Shown one piece after another: positions 45,477-56,420 of a stretch of DNA of 64,000 nucleotides (position 1 is the stretch's first letter; every line of letters begins with the position of its first letter). The stretch comes from a bacterium (GTDB lineage Bacteria > Patescibacteriota > Minisyncoccia > UBA6257 > UBA9933). The stretch is from NCBI GenBank assembly GCA_021796335.1, contig JAJYHZ010000001.1:219454-283453 (forward strand). Reading direction: 5' to 3'. The notes beneath the pieces were generated by a model. The model ran no database searches and was not told the origin of the DNA. It saw only the letters and a program-made list of their open reading frames with translations. A program made the translations under genes and the position numbers.

Positions 45477-47315
45477 TCACTGCTCACTTGATCCATTCTC
45501 TTCTCCTTCATTATGCGCGTGATACATCGATTGACCGATTTTTGAAAGTTCGTCGGAAAGTTCTCGAGTTCTTTCCGAAATCGCAGCTTCATCTTCTCCG
45601 TCTTTGACGGCTTTTAACTCCTCGATTTTTTTATTTACCGCATTCTTAATTTCTTGCGAGACTTTGTCTCCGGAATCCCTCAGTGATTTTTCCGCGATAT
45701 AAATCAACTGTTCGGCCTGATTCTTTATTTCAATTAAATTCTTTTTCTTTTTGTCCTCTTCAGCATGTACCGCAGCTTCCTGTTTCAATTTTTCAACTTC
45801 TTCCTTTGAAAGCTGAGTGGAAGCCTCTATTCTGACGGACTGGCTTTTCCCCGAAGCTTTATCCTTTGCCGAAACATTTAAAATCCCATTCGCATCTATA
45901 TCGAAAGTGACTTCAACTTGCGGAATTCCTCTCGGCGCCGGTGGAATCCCGTCTAAAATAAATCTTCCCAAAGTTTTATTATCTTTAGCCATCGGACGTT
46001 CCCCTTGTAAAATATGTATCTCCACGGAAGTTTGATTATCCGCCGCAGTCGAAAAAACTTGCGATTTTGAAGTCGGAATGGTTGTATTCTTCTCGATTAG
46101 CGAAGTAAATACTCCTCCTAAAGTTTCGATTCCGAGTGAAAGAGGAATGACGTCTAAAAGCAGAACATCTTTGACATCGCCCTGGAAAATTCCGGCCTGA
46201 ACCGCAGCTCCAATTGCCACCACCTCATCCGGATTTATTCCCCTATGGGCTTCTTTTCCGAATAAATCCTTAACTGCTTCCTGTATTCTCGGCATTCTGG
46301 TTTGTCCTCCCACTAGAACCACTTCGTTTATATCCGAAATTTTTAATCCCGCATCAGACACAATCTTTTTTACAATTTCAACCGATTTATCAACATATCC
46401 GCCGACAAGTTCCTCTAATTTAGCCCTCGTCATTTTCATTATGAAATGTTTCGGGCCCGAAGCATCGGAAGTTATATAAGGAAGATTAATTTCTGTTTCG
46501 AAAGCGGTGGAAAGCTCATGCTTCGCCCTTTCGGCTGCCTCTTTTAATCGTTGTAAAGCCAGCGGATCACCCGAAAGATCGATTCCTTCTTGTTTTTTAT
46601 ATTCTGAAACCAAATATTCGATAATCGTCTTGTCAAAATCATCTCCGCCTAAATGCGTATCTCCACCGGTCGCCTTTACTTCAACAACATCATCGCCGAT
46701 TTCTAAAACAGATACGTCAAATGTTCCGCCGCCAAAATCATAAACGACGATTTTCTCGTTTTTTTGCCGGTTTAAACCGTAAGCCAAAGCCGCGGCAGTC
46801 GGTTCATTGATGATTCGTTTAACCTGAAAACCGGCAATTTCTCCGGCATTTTTTGTTGCCTGTCTCTGTGCATCGTCAAAGTAGGCGGGAACGGTAATAA
46901 CTGCTTCGGTTATGGTTTCTCCCAATTTTGCCTCCGCATCGGCTTTCAACTTTGCCAAAACCATTGCGGAAATTTCTTCCGGCTTATACCAACGATCCGC
47001 CATTTTCACTTCAACGCCGCCTCCGGACGCTTCCTTTAATTCAAAGGGAAACCATGCTTTGTCCTGCTGAACTTCAGTATCGCTGAATTTACGCCCGATC
47101 AAGCGTTTGACGGAAAATATCGTGTTCTTTGGATTAACGACCGCCTGACGTTTTGCCAGCATCCCGACAAGTCTTTCGCCGGATTTACTGACGGCCACAA
47201 TTGAAGGGGTTGTCCGCGCTCCTTCATGATTTTCCAAAACTCTCGGCTCGCCTCCATCCATAACCGCCATAGCTGAATTTGTTGTACCGAGATCTATACC
47301 TAAAATTTTTGCCAT
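45477..47315 (-). CDS. dnaK: molecular chaperone DnaK (Hsp70)
   Basis: [18 protein letters not shown] and DLGGGTFD. 612 aa. Confidence 0.95.
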   Translation of the reverse strand: MAKILGIDLGTTNSAMAVMDGGEPRVLENHEGARTTPSIVAVSKSGERLVGMLAKRQAVVNPKNTIFSVKRLIGRKFSDTEVQQDKAWFPFELKEASGGGVEVKMADRWYKPEEISAMVLAKLKADAEAKLGETITEAVITVPAYFDDAQRQATKNAGEIAGFQVKRIINEPTAAALAYGLNRQKNEKIVVYDFGGGTFDVSVLEIGDDVVEVKATGGDTHLGGDDFDKTIIEYLVSEYKKQEGIDLSGDPLALQRLKEAAERAKHELSTAFETEINLPYITSDASGPKHFIMKMTRAKLEELVGGYVDKSVEIVKKIVSDAGLKISDINEVVLVGGQTRMPRIQEAVKDLFGKEAHRGINPDEVVAIGAAVQAGIFQGDVKDVLLLDVIPLSLGIETLGGVFTSLIEKNTTIPTSKSQVFSTAADNQTSVEIHILQGERPMAKDNKTLGRFILDGIPPAPRGIPQVEVTFDIDANGILNVSAKDKASGKSQSVRIEASTQLSKEEVEKLKQEAAVHAEEDKKKKNLIEIKNQAEQLIYIAEKSLRDSGDKVSQEIKNAVNKKIEELKAVKDGEDEAAISERTRELSDELSKIGQSMYHAHNEGEENGSSEQ

Positions 47316-47400
47316 AATTAAATTATAGTAATTAGTTTTAGAAATTAGTTGAAAAAAATAAATTTAAAAACTATTCACTAAAAACTGAAAACTATTTTTG

Positions 47401-47889
47401 TTATTTTGCTATTTTCACCCGCGCTGGGCGAATTAATTTATTATTCAATAAATATCCTTTTTCGATTTCCTCGACAATGGTTCCGGACGGCTGATCTGAT
47501 TCTATTTCTATAACCGCCTCATGATACGCCGGATTAAATATTTGATTCTTAGAGACCGCAACCTTTTCCAATCCGTAACTTTTTAAAATGTCCTCCAACT
47601 GGGATTTAATCAAATAAATTCCTTTTTCTCCCTTGCCTTCTTTTTCCAGCGCCACCAACGCCAGATCGAAACTGTCTAGAACTAAAATCAATTCGCGAAT
47701 AACCGATTCATTGGCAAATTTAGCCATTGTTTCCAGTCTCTTGGCTTCGTCTTTTTTATAATTTATAAAGTCAGCCCTGGCTCTTTGCCATCCGTCCAAA
47801 TATTCGTCACGCTCTTTTTTGATTTTTTCAAGTCCGACATTATCCGAACCTGAAAAATCGGACTGATTGTTTATATCTTTTTCGTCCAT
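47401..47889 (-). CDS. grpE: nucleotide exchange factor GrpE
   Basis: DEYLDGWQRARADFINYKKD and the C-terminal beta domain. 162 aa. Confidence 0.85.
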   Translation of the reverse strand: MDEKDINNQSDFSGSDNVGLEKIKKERDEYLDGWQRARADFINYKKDEAKRLETMAKFANESVIRELILVLDSFDLALVALEKEGKGEKGIYLIKSQLEDILKSYGLEKVAVSKNQIFNPAYHEAVIEIESDQPSGTIVEEIEKGYLLNNKLIRPARVKIAK

Positions 47890-48060
47890 CTTCGAAAATC
47901 AAGTGTCTTTATGCTCTAAATTATATTAAATCTTAAAAATTAATCAAGATTCGATTAAATTTTCATCGACACCAAACCTTTTTCAGTATCTAAAATACGA
48001 AATACGAATTCAGAAACAAGCCTGTGATGAATAATTTATAAGCATAAATTTTATTTACGT

Positions 48061-48696
48061 TTATAAATTATCCAATGATTCTTTTTTGAAAAATCGTTTC
48101 CAAATCCACACCGCGATGAATGCGGCAATCACTATTAGTAAGATATTGTCAAATTGTTTGAAATAAGTTCGCAAAATCGGCCAATTTTCCCCTAAAATAA
48201 ATCCCAATTTTGCCAAAATATAAGACCAAATCATCGCGCCAATGAATGTAAATGGCAGAAAATATCTCATTTTCATTTTTGCCATTCCGGCCGGAAAAGA
48301 TATGAATGTATTGACAATCGGCACTATCCTCCCTATTAAAACCGAGACGGATCCGTATTTTTCAAACCATATCTGGGCCCGGTTTAAGCTTTTGTCACTG
48401 ATTAAAGTTCTAACAACTCTGCTTCTCTCCCGCAAACCGTTTGCCAAAACGTAGGCCGCCAGCATGTACGATAAATATCCCCCTACCAAATTTCCTATGG
48501 CGCCACATAGAACGACGAACCAGAAATTAAAGACTCCCTGCGATGCCAAAAATCCCGAAAACGGCATTATAACTTCCGACGGAATCGGAATATTCAAGCT
48601 TTGAATTATCATTAACCCGACAATTCCCAAATATCCCCCTCGTTGAATGATGATTAAAATTGCCGAAATGATTTTTTCGATTATTAATGAAAGCAT
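48061..48696 (-). CDS. DedA/TVP38 family membrane protein
   Basis: YLGIVGLMIIQSLNIPIPSEVIMPFSGFLA and G..GN..GY motifs. Confidence 0.7.
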   Translation of the reverse strand: MLSLIIEKIISAILIIIQRGGYLGIVGLMIIQSLNIPIPSEVIMPFSGFLASQGVFNFWFVVLCGAIGNLVGGYLSYMLAAYVLANGLRERSRVVRTLISDKSLNRAQIWFEKYGSVSVLIGRIVPIVNTFISFPAGMAKMKMRYFLPFTFIGAMIWSYILAKLGFILGENWPILRTYFKQFDNILLIVIAAFIAVWIWKRFFKKESLDNL

Positions 48697-48700
48697 GGGT

Positions 48701-49690
48701 CTATCCTCTTAATATTTTTGCCGCTTGCTCCGGTTTCACCATTGTTATATCAATTCCAGTTCCAACCTCAAATCCTCCGAAAAATCGTATTTTTGGCTGA
48801 ATCTCAATATGCCAATGATAATGAGTATATTTTTTTTTATTCTGTAGAGGTGCCGTATGAATGAAAAAAATATAATCCGGATCACCCAAATTTTTTTCCA
48901 ACTTCAATAATGATTTTTGCAAAGCGTCAATAATACCCTTTAAAGTCTTTTCGTCCGTATTTTCAAAATAAGGCAAATGCTTTCTCGGAAAAACTCTGAG
49001 CTCGAACGGTTCTTTGGAAGCAAACGGAGTAAAAACAATGGCATCTTTGTTTTTATAAACCAATCTTTTCTTGGATTCCAACTCGAATTCCTCCATCTCG
49101 CAATGAACGCATTTCTTGTGACTTTTATAAAACCGCGCTGATCCTTCCAAAGAACGAGCGACATCGGGAGGAATAATTGGGAGTGAAAGAATCTGATAAT
49201 GAGGATGAAATATGGAAGCTCCCGCCTTTTGCCCCCAGTTATGAAAAATAAAAAAGTATTTAAGGTATTTATTTTTCGCAACCATTTTTTCCCTTTTCTG
49301 AAAAATTTTGAACAGCTCAAGAGCAGTTTTTTTATCCAAATGGGCGAAATTTTTATAATGATTTCTTGTAATTACAATATCATGAAATCCTTCTCCGTTT
49401 TCAAAATTGTAAATTCCCTTCAAATTTATACGCGGACGAATATTTCTATGCGCCAAAACAGGATATTTATTCGGGATGATTTGAATTTTCCACTTCTTCA
49501 AATCCGGATAAACTAAAATAGGATCGCCGTTTCCGTTTTTTTGCGGATCTTCAAAAAGGCATCCCTTAATAGGAGCTATTTTTCGTTTTTCTTTTCGCTT
49601 AAATTGATCCGGCCTCTGAGCCCTTTTGGGCGCGATCACAACCCAATCGCCGGAAACCAAATCTTGCCGCAACTCGCTTGTATTTGCCAT
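48701..49690 (-). CDS. galactose-1-phosphate uridylyltransferase family protein (GalT/HIT-like)
   Basis: HPHYQI (HxHxQ active-site motif) and CVHCE (zinc site). 329 aa. Confidence 0.65.
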   Translation of the reverse strand: MANTSELRQDLVSGDWVVIAPKRAQRPDQFKRKEKRKIAPIKGCLFEDPQKNGNGDPILVYPDLKKWKIQIIPNKYPVLAHRNIRPRINLKGIYNFENGEGFHDIVITRNHYKNFAHLDKKTALELFKIFQKREKMVAKNKYLKYFFIFHNWGQKAGASIFHPHYQILSLPIIPPDVARSLEGSARFYKSHKKCVHCEMEEFELESKKRLVYKNKDAIVFTPFASKEPFELRVFPRKHLPYFENTDEKTLKGIIDALQKSLLKLEKNLGDPDYIFFIHTAPLQNKKKYTHYHWHIEIQPKIRFFGGFEVGTGIDITMVKPEQAAKILRG

Positions 49691-49693
49691 ATT

Positions 49694-51577
49694 TCAATTA
49701 GTTTTTTTGCTAAGCCTGTTGTTATAATACCACTTCAAAACATCATTTGCCACTGGCACCGCGTTTAAACTGCCCTGCTTCGAATTTTCAATTAAAATCA
49801 AAATTACAATCTGAGGGCTACTTGAAGAATCGGCCGGCCCATAGCCCACGAAAAATGCATTTTCTTTGGTATTTAAAGCGACTTGGGCACTTCCGGTTTT
49901 TGCGCCAACCAAAAATGGCAGATCTTTCAGCATATAAGAAGTTCCGTAACTTTCTTGTGTTCCTTCGATCATTCCTTTCTGCACTTCTGCTATTGCGCCA
50001 GACATATAAGTTAAATCAGCCGCCAACTTCGGTTTGGTTTCGCTGACAATATCGCCCTTGCTGTCGGTTATTTTTGAAACGATATAAGGCTGATATATTT
50101 TCCCGCCGTTGGCGATTGCTGAAATATAATCCAGAAGTTCGATCGGAGTTACCATTAAGTCTCCTTGGCCTATGCTCACATTATAAGTATCTCCCAAATG
50201 CCACGGCTGGCCGACGCGCGTTTCTTTTTCCTGCGGATTAGGCAATAATCCCGTTTTCTCGCCAGGCAAATCAATTCCGGTTTTTTGATCCAATCCGAAT
50301 TTTTTCCAATAATCATTGAGTTTATCGATACCCAATCCTTTTTGGTTTTCATAACCGCCCCCCACTTCATAAAAATAAACATCACTTGATTTTGCCAGGG
50401 CCGAGTATAAATTTACCCACCCTTGGTATTGCCAATCCAAAAACCTAGTCGGCTTATTAGGGTTATACGGATTCGGTACATCAAGATAACCGGGTGAAAA
50501 AATCTGATCCGACGGAGAAATAATATTCTCCGTCAAAGCCGCCGTTGCGACCAGCGGCTTAATTGTCGAGCCAGGGCTATAAACCCCGGAAACCGCCCGG
50601 TCGAAAAGCGGCTTTGCCTGACTTGTTAAATCAGCCGTTGTTATATTGTTGGGATTAAAACTCGGAAAACTCATCAGAGCCAAAATCTCTCCGGTTTGCG
50701 GATTCATTGCGAGTGCAGCTCCCGACGTTCTACCCAATTTGGCCAATTGAGCCTCCATACTCTGATAAAAATAATTTTGGAAATCCTTGTCTATGGATAG
50801 ATAGAGATTATCCCCGTTTTCCGGTTCTACCGTCGAATTCTCTCCTATGCTTTGATTTTTCGCATTACGATAATCATAAATGGCGCCGTTTTTACCTCTA
50901 AGCTGCTGATCGTATTCCGATTCAATGCCCGCCTTCCCCACAATATCATTCAATTCCAAATTATTGTTATTTTTCAGGTCATTTTCCGAAACGATTCCCG
51001 TATATCCCAAAACATGGCTAAAAGCGTCCGTATACGTATAATTTCTATTATAGTCATTCTCCACGGTAACATCTTTGTAGTTCAAATTTTTTATTTCCGC
51101 GACCTGCTCAATTGTCAAATTTCGCGCCAGTATCACCGAATTTTGTTTCTCTAAATTAATAGCCGAAAGCCATTCCTGAATTTGATTTTCAGGTAGATTT
51201 AAAATATCCTCCAGTTTTTTTAATTCGTTCTTTTTCTCGATATCGGATTTTTGGAAAAAATCTGCGACATTTAAAACAGCTTTAAAGCTTGGCACATTAC
51301 TCACCAGTGAATTGCCAGAACGATCAAAAATCAATCCTCTTTGTGCCGGAATTACGGTGATGTCGCTCATATTCGCCAACGCCCTTGCCTGATAAAATTT
51401 CCCATCCTTCAAGTCTAAGTAAGAAATTCTTAGAAAAACAACGAAAGCGATAATCAATGCGATTGCAGTAATAAAATTAAACGCTTTTTTAGAAAGCGGA
51501 ACTTCCAAAGAGTTAAAACTTTGGGACATATCGTCCAAAACTGATTCTTCTAAAAAAAATTCTTCCTTTTTACTCAT
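49694..51577 (-). CDS. penicillin-binding protein 2 / FtsI-type peptidoglycan D,D-transpeptidase
   Basis: N-terminal TM helix, STIKP (SxxK), SGN-like and KTGSAQ (KTG) motifs. 627 aa. Confidence 0.85.
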   Translation of the reverse strand: MSKKEEFFLEESVLDDMSQSFNSLEVPLSKKAFNFITAIALIIAFVVFLRISYLDLKDGKFYQARALANMSDITVIPAQRGLIFDRSGNSLVSNVPSFKAVLNVADFFQKSDIEKKNELKKLEDILNLPENQIQEWLSAINLEKQNSVILARNLTIEQVAEIKNLNYKDVTVENDYNRNYTYTDAFSHVLGYTGIVSENDLKNNNNLELNDIVGKAGIESEYDQQLRGKNGAIYDYRNAKNQSIGENSTVEPENGDNLYLSIDKDFQNYFYQSMEAQLAKLGRTSGAALAMNPQTGEILALMSFPSFNPNNITTADLTSQAKPLFDRAVSGVYSPGSTIKPLVATAALTENIISPSDQIFSPGYLDVPNPYNPNKPTRFLDWQYQGWVNLYSALAKSSDVYFYEVGGGYENQKGLGIDKLNDYWKKFGLDQKTGIDLPGEKTGLLPNPQEKETRVGQPWHLGDTYNVSIGQGDLMVTPIELLDYISAIANGGKIYQPYIVSKITDSKGDIVSETKPKLAADLTYMSGAIAEVQKGMIEGTQESYGTSYMLKDLPFLVGAKTGSAQVALNTKENAFFVGYGPADSSSSPQIVILILIENSKQGSLNAVPVANDVLKWYYNNRLSKKTN

Positions 51578-51647
51578 ATATGATAATTAATCTAAAACAA
51601 TCGAATAAAAGACGCAAATAAGAAAAATTAATTTTTCAATTTAAACC

Positions 51648-51685
51648 AGGTATACAATTTTAACGATCGTTGAAATTGTATACCT
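51648..51685. repeat. 38-bp palindrome (1 mismatch) with CGATCG centre
   Basis: aggtatacaattttaacga|tcgttgaaattgtatacct lies between the mutM stop and the PBP2 start. The core TTTTRACGATCGTYAAA is shared with the 24337 palindrome. Confidence 0.85.
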
Positions 51686-51753
51686 TTAAGGAAGTTAGAA
51701 ATCATCGGCCTTATCTCGCCTCAATGGATAATAGGAAATTCCACGAAGGCGGA

Positions 51754-52713
51754 TTAGAGTTTTTGGCAAACCGGACAAAAATGCGCCGATCTGCCTCCAA
51801 TTCTAATCCTTTCTATCTTTCCTCCGCAAACGGGACAAGGCCGTCCTTCCTTCCTGTATACGGATCTTACGTTGCCGTAATTGCCCGATTTTCCGGCCGT
51901 ATCCCTGAAATCGCTGATCGAAGTTCCACGCAGCTTAATTGCTTTCTTTAAAATTCCGCCGGTAGCTTTATATATTTTTTTCAACTCTCCTTCGGATAAG
52001 GAATTCGCCCGCCTTAGGGGATGAATTTGCGCCTTCCATAAAATTTCATCGGAATAAATATTCCCTATTCCTGAAATTTTTTCCTGGTCCATCAAAATTT
52101 GTTTTATTTTTCCGGGAAGCGAACGGATTATTTTGTTAAATTTCTCAAAAGTAAATCTGCCGTCAAGCGGATCTATTCCTAATTTCTTCAATTCGGGAAT
52201 GTTTTCAATCTCATTCCGTTTTCCAAAAACCACTTTGGCAAATTTTCTCAAATCTGAAAGAGCCAATTGTTCCCCGCTGTCCAAATAAAAAATGACATGG
52301 ATATAATTGTTCACCTTCTCATTTAAAGGACCTTTAATCAAGGAAATCACACTATTTCTTCCATCTTCGGATAGGCGCATTCGGGTTTTCGTTTTTCGAA
52401 CACTCCATTTCCCGACCAATAAATGTCCTGTCATCTTCTGGTGAATAAGCAATAGCATATCGTCGGCGGCTAGTTGCTTATTGTCAGCCGATTTGCTATT
52501 TGCTGTTTTTGGTTTGCCCAAATATATAAGTATGTTTTTGCCTCGCCGCTTTATTTCTTTTATCCTTAATCCCTTAATTTGATTTTCCAAATCCTCCGCT
52601 TTTGGCCGCTTAATTAATTTTGGCGCGTCAAACCAAACGCCAACAATGCGTTTTCCTATAATTTTTTTATTAAGATCCCCAACGATTGTTTGAACTTCGG
52701 GCAATTCCGGCAT
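51754..52713 (-). CDS. mutM: formamidopyrimidine-DNA glycosylase (Fpg/Nei family)
   Basis: MPELPEVQT N-terminus (catalytic Pro2, Glu3) and a C-terminal zinc finger CPVCGGKIERIRIGGRSAHFCPVCQ. It has an insertion and is 319 aa. Confidence 0.85.
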   Translation of the reverse strand: MPELPEVQTIVGDLNKKIIGKRIVGVWFDAPKLIKRPKAEDLENQIKGLRIKEIKRRGKNILIYLGKPKTANSKSADNKQLAADDMLLLIHQKMTGHLLVGKWSVRKTKTRMRLSEDGRNSVISLIKGPLNEKVNNYIHVIFYLDSGEQLALSDLRKFAKVVFGKRNEIENIPELKKLGIDPLDGRFTFEKFNKIIRSLPGKIKQILMDQEKISGIGNIYSDEILWKAQIHPLRRANSLSEGELKKIYKATGGILKKAIKLRGTSISDFRDTAGKSGNYGNVRSVYRKEGRPCPVCGGKIERIRIGGRSAHFCPVCQKL

Positions 52714-52933
52714 AATATAATTTTTTTCTCAAATATTTATTTTCTCCTGATAATGTGAAAATTCTAAATTGAATAAAAGAAAAATTTTCCACAAAAATTT
52801 CGTTTCTTGATCCGTCCACTGACTGACAAACGGAAAGTTAGGAATTTGACAGGTAAAAATTTTCCGGAGATTCCTAAATTTTCACGACCAGAAGATTTTT
52901 GTGCACTTTTTCCGTAAAAAGTGCAGTTTTCCA

Positions 52934-54256
52934 TCAGTTTTCTCCGAAACCTTCCTTTTGAGGAATTAGACTCGGATCTGTCGGTAAAGTAAAATAAAAA
53001 GTGCTGCCTCGGTTAAGCTGAGACTCCGCCCAAACTTCCCCTCCATGCCTGTTTATGATGTTTTTTACGATATAAAGCCCTAAGCCGCTTCCGTTTGTGG
53101 CGACTTTTTGCGCGTTATCTGCCCTGAAGAATTTAGTGAATAATTTATTAATTTCTTCTTTGGGTATTCCTATTCCGGTATCTTTCACACTGATCTGGAT
53201 GTAGGGTTTATCCGCAATCGGCTTAGCTTCCACGACCACCTCTCCGTTTTGAATATTGTATTTTATGGCATTGGCAACCAAATTTGACAATGCGATAGAT
53301 AACTTTTGATAGTCGATTAGAACCTGCGGCAACGGCTTTTCTGGTTTTTTTAAATAAAGTTTTATTCCGGATTCATTTGCAAAAGGCATAATATTTTTTA
53401 AAACATTCTCAATAAAAGCGACAATGTCGGTGTTTTGTAATTTATACCCGAATTTGCCCTCCTCAATCTGATTTACGTCCAATAAATCATTTACGATCTT
53501 TATGATATTCGCTGCCGCCATATTGCCCATATCAACCAATTCTTTTTGGCTATCACTGAGTTTTTCTTTTTCAAGCGATTCAAAAATCCAATTGATTGAG
53601 GTCAACGGAGTTCTTAGCTGATGGGCGGCAACCTCGATAAACTCGCTTTTTGATTCCATTAACTCCACCTCTCTTGTACGATTATGGATAACTTTGACAA
53701 ATCCCAGCAAATTTCCGTTCGGATCGACTATCCGGTCAGTGGAAATCTCAAGCTCAAGCCGCGGATCTTTAAACGTCATATCGGTTACCTGAGGATAAAC
53801 GCCCGGATCCGATTTCCGTATTACGAGCGGTGCCAAAGAAGGATATAAAACCATGCTTAAAATTGCTAGCCTGGAATCCTTGGCCCTTTCGGGAGAAAAG
53901 TTTTTATCAAGAATGCCATCCGCTTTAACCTTGAAAATATTTTCCGCGGCTCTGTTGAAAATTAAAATCCGAGAATCACGGTCGTAAGCAATCAAACCGT
54001 CGGAAAAATTCGAAATAATGCTCTTGAGTTCGTTTCTTTCTATTTTTACCTCCGTATTCAATTTATTCGCTCTTATACTGTTAACCAATAAAATCGCCAA
54101 TAAAACTATAAATATGGCTGCGGAGATCAAAAACCAGATCATCGGCATGTAAGTGATATCTATAATCAAAATTGCGAATGCTAAGGGCAAAAAATACCAG
54201 AATAAGCGCATTTCCGGTAATTTCAAATAAAGGCTGAATTTTTGCCGATTTTCCAT
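52934..54256 (-). CDS. sensor histidine kinase (2 TM + PAS + HisKA + HATPase)
   Basis: H-box HQLRTPLTSINW, N-box NLVANAIKYN and G-boxes DTGIGI / GSGLGLYIV. No response regulator in the window. Confidence 0.85.
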   Translation of the reverse strand: MENRQKFSLYLKLPEMRLFWYFLPLAFAILIIDITYMPMIWFLISAAIFIVLLAILLVNSIRANKLNTEVKIERNELKSIISNFSDGLIAYDRDSRILIFNRAAENIFKVKADGILDKNFSPERAKDSRLAILSMVLYPSLAPLVIRKSDPGVYPQVTDMTFKDPRLELEISTDRIVDPNGNLLGFVKVIHNRTREVELMESKSEFIEVAAHQLRTPLTSINWIFESLEKEKLSDSQKELVDMGNMAAANIIKIVNDLLDVNQIEEGKFGYKLQNTDIVAFIENVLKNIMPFANESGIKLYLKKPEKPLPQVLIDYQKLSIALSNLVANAIKYNIQNGEVVVEAKPIADKPYIQISVKDTGIGIPKEEINKLFTKFFRADNAQKVATNGSGLGLYIVKNIINRHGGEVWAESQLNRGSTFYFTLPTDPSLIPQKEGFGEN

Positions 54257-54294
54257 GGAAAAATTAACTAGACGTATTTATTGACAATTTATCA

Positions 54295-55419
54295 TTACAA
54301 ATCCAAAGAGTAAAGTTTGTTATCATAACGGTTTATGAAAAAAAGTTCATTCCCGCTCAAAGTTAAATCAACGGCATCGATAATATTGTTGTCCGAATCG
54401 TATAAAGGCTGAAACTTGTTATTCTGTAAATCAATTTGGTAAATTCCGTCATTAAAATAAATTCCGTGCTTCAAATAGTTGTCCAAGATCTCCGGATCGG
54501 AAAAGACGCTTTGATCTTTTGGAATAGCGCAATAAATCTGGCTCAAACTTGAAATCAGGCATTTGTCGGGAAAAGTAAAGAAATTAAAATCCGCTTTTTT
54601 GTTCCCGCTTCCATCAATTAATGTCAAACGGTTATTCCCGTTATCAACCGAGAATTTTATTCCCAAATCTCCAAATTTCGACCAATTCACCATTAATCCT
54701 TTCCCGGAAGCGATTTCCGACAAAGTTTTGTTTTTTAGATTCAAGTTCCAAATCTCAGAATCGATATCCGAAGACGGCTTGGAAGATAAAATAACATTAT
54801 CGGTATTAATCCAGTTCAAGTTAAAATCAATCGGACTTAACCCCGAAAGCTTGGTTATCGCAGAAGTGAATTTATCAAGCCCTGTTTTAAATATTCCTGA
54901 ATCGCTTGAATATATAATCGATTTTCCGTCCGGAGAAATATCCATATCGCCCAATTGATCAAAAGATTGCTGCCACATATTTTTATCGGAATTATACACG
55001 TCAAAATCATTCTCTCCTGTGCCTGATTTTAGTAAGATCATTTTACCATCATTGGAAATTTTTATATTTCCCAAACCGATTAAAGTCGAACTGGCTATCA
55101 AATTTTCGGTTCCGGACGCAATCTCAAATATCTGAGCATTATGATAGTTTTGTCCGTTATCATAAATATAATAAATATTGGGATTAGGGGTGGTTGAACT
55201 CGAATAGGCAACCCAATATCCCATGGCGGGATTTTTGCTTAAAATATGCAATTTGTCGGTCGTCGTAGATTGGCTTTGAACGCTGAATTGCGCCGTTGGA
55301 TTTTGATTTGAAATAGTCGGATTATTATTAGTTTTTGATTTCCAGGCAAAATAAATTCCAACAAGTAAAGCAATAATCACCAAACCTATAATAATAAAAA
55401 TTAATTTTTTCTTATTCAT
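54295..55419 (-). CDS. membrane-anchored protein with PD40/TolB-like beta-propeller repeats
   Basis: N-terminal TM helix and repeated ...SPDGK.I.YSS... motifs. It is the first gene of a tightly packed operon continuing to 57590. Confidence 0.5.
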   Translation of the reverse strand: MNKKKLIFIIIGLVIIALLVGIYFAWKSKTNNNPTISNQNPTAQFSVQSQSTTTDKLHILSKNPAMGYWVAYSSSTTPNPNIYYIYDNGQNYHNAQIFEIASGTENLIASSTLIGLGNIKISNDGKMILLKSGTGENDFDVYNSDKNMWQQSFDQLGDMDISPDGKSIIYSSDSGIFKTGLDKFTSAITKLSGLSPIDFNLNWINTDNVILSSKPSSDIDSEIWNLNLKNKTLSEIASGKGLMVNWSKFGDLGIKFSVDNGNNRLTLIDGSGNKKADFNFFTFPDKCLISSLSQIYCAIPKDQSVFSDPEILDNYLKHGIYFNDGIYQIDLQNNKFQPLYDSDNNIIDAVDLTLSGNELFFINRYDNKLYSLDL

Positions 55420-55421
55420 GA

Positions 55422-56420
55422 TTATATCTGTATATGAATATTGTCTCCGGTCGTAGTATTGTACGTTTTTCCGTTTGCTTCTTTATACTCATTAACAACA
55501 CGGCTGAATCCTGCTTGTTTCGCCGCTGCCATCATCTTTTGGACGGCATCCGTCAACTGCGCAGGACTGAGATTTTTTACATAATTTGGATCAAGCGCAA
55601 TATCAACGCAACTGCCATTGTAATGGCATTGGCTGTTATGTTGAACCGTCGGAGGCCAAGCCTCGGTAACCTGCCAGTCACCCGAAGGTATACCCATATT
55701 GGTAGCCAAAGCAGAAAGTTTATTAAGATTTCCTGTCATTTGCGAAGAAAATTGGCAACTATTGACTCCTCCCGAGCATGCCGTAAGACCAGTTTTTTTA
55801 ACATTAAAATAATCCGCATATGGATCATATGTATTGCAATTATTGCAAACTGTCTGTCCCTGCCAATTCTTGCCGAATTGAAATACGCCGGTGTTCTGCT
55901 GTGGAACCGTAGTTGTGGGCATCAAACTTTTTATTTGCTGATCGACATTACCGACATTTAAAAGATTCGGATCAATGGTGTTTAAAATCAAAGCTCCGCC
56001 GATTAAAAGCGCTAGACCGGAAAGCGCTCCGATTATATAATTATTGCCCTCCATATTAAGCGAAGGAACCCCGCTGGAAACTATTTTCAAAACCGCTCCG
56101 TAAATTAAGGCGCCCAAAGCCACGACACCCACAATTCCCAAGGCATATTCATAAATATTTATAATCAATTGTCCCGGAGTCGTTGCGGAATTGATAAATC
56201 CACTTGGTAAAAATTGGACATTCGCCGAACCGTTTGCGTTCAAACTGCCGTTGAAATTACTGTTCCCTCCGCCCGGCGATGCAACTTGGCCGTTTGAAAT
56301 AGATGCGCTCGTTGAAGCATAGCTGACTCGAACAGTTACGTCTTCGAATACAACTATGACCGTTCCCAAAACCAAAATGATTAATAGAAGTACCGAAAAT
56401 ATTCTTAAAAAAATTTTCAT
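55422..56420 (-). CDS. T4SS-associated membrane protein with Cys-rich extracytoplasmic domain (hypothetical)
   Basis: 332 aa with three N-terminal TM helices and then a ~190-aa domain with 8 Cys. It overlaps the next gene by 4 bp (ATGA). Confidence 0.45.
   Translation of the reverse strand: MKIFLRIFSVLLLIILVLGTVIVVFEDVTVRVSYASTSASISNGQVASPGGGNSNFNGSLNANGSANVQFLPSGFINSATTPGQLIINIYEYALGIVGVVALGALIYGAVLKIVSSGVPSLNMEGNNYIIGALSGLALLIGGALILNTIDPNLLNVGNVDQQIKSLMPTTTVPQQNTGVFQFGKNWQGQTVCNNCNTYDPYADYFNVKKTGLTACSGGVNSCQFSSQMTGNLNKLSALATNMGIPSGDWQVTEAWPPTVQHNSQCHYNGSCVDIALDPNYVKNLSPAQLTDAVQKMMAAAKQAGFSRVVNEYKEANGKTYNTTTGDNIHIQI

Noticed and set aside
47890-48060. CIRCE/HrcA operator upstream of grpE-dnaK
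   Set aside because: No TTAGCACTC-N9-GAGTGCTAA-like inverted repeat is present in the grpE upstream region. No hrcA gene is in the window.
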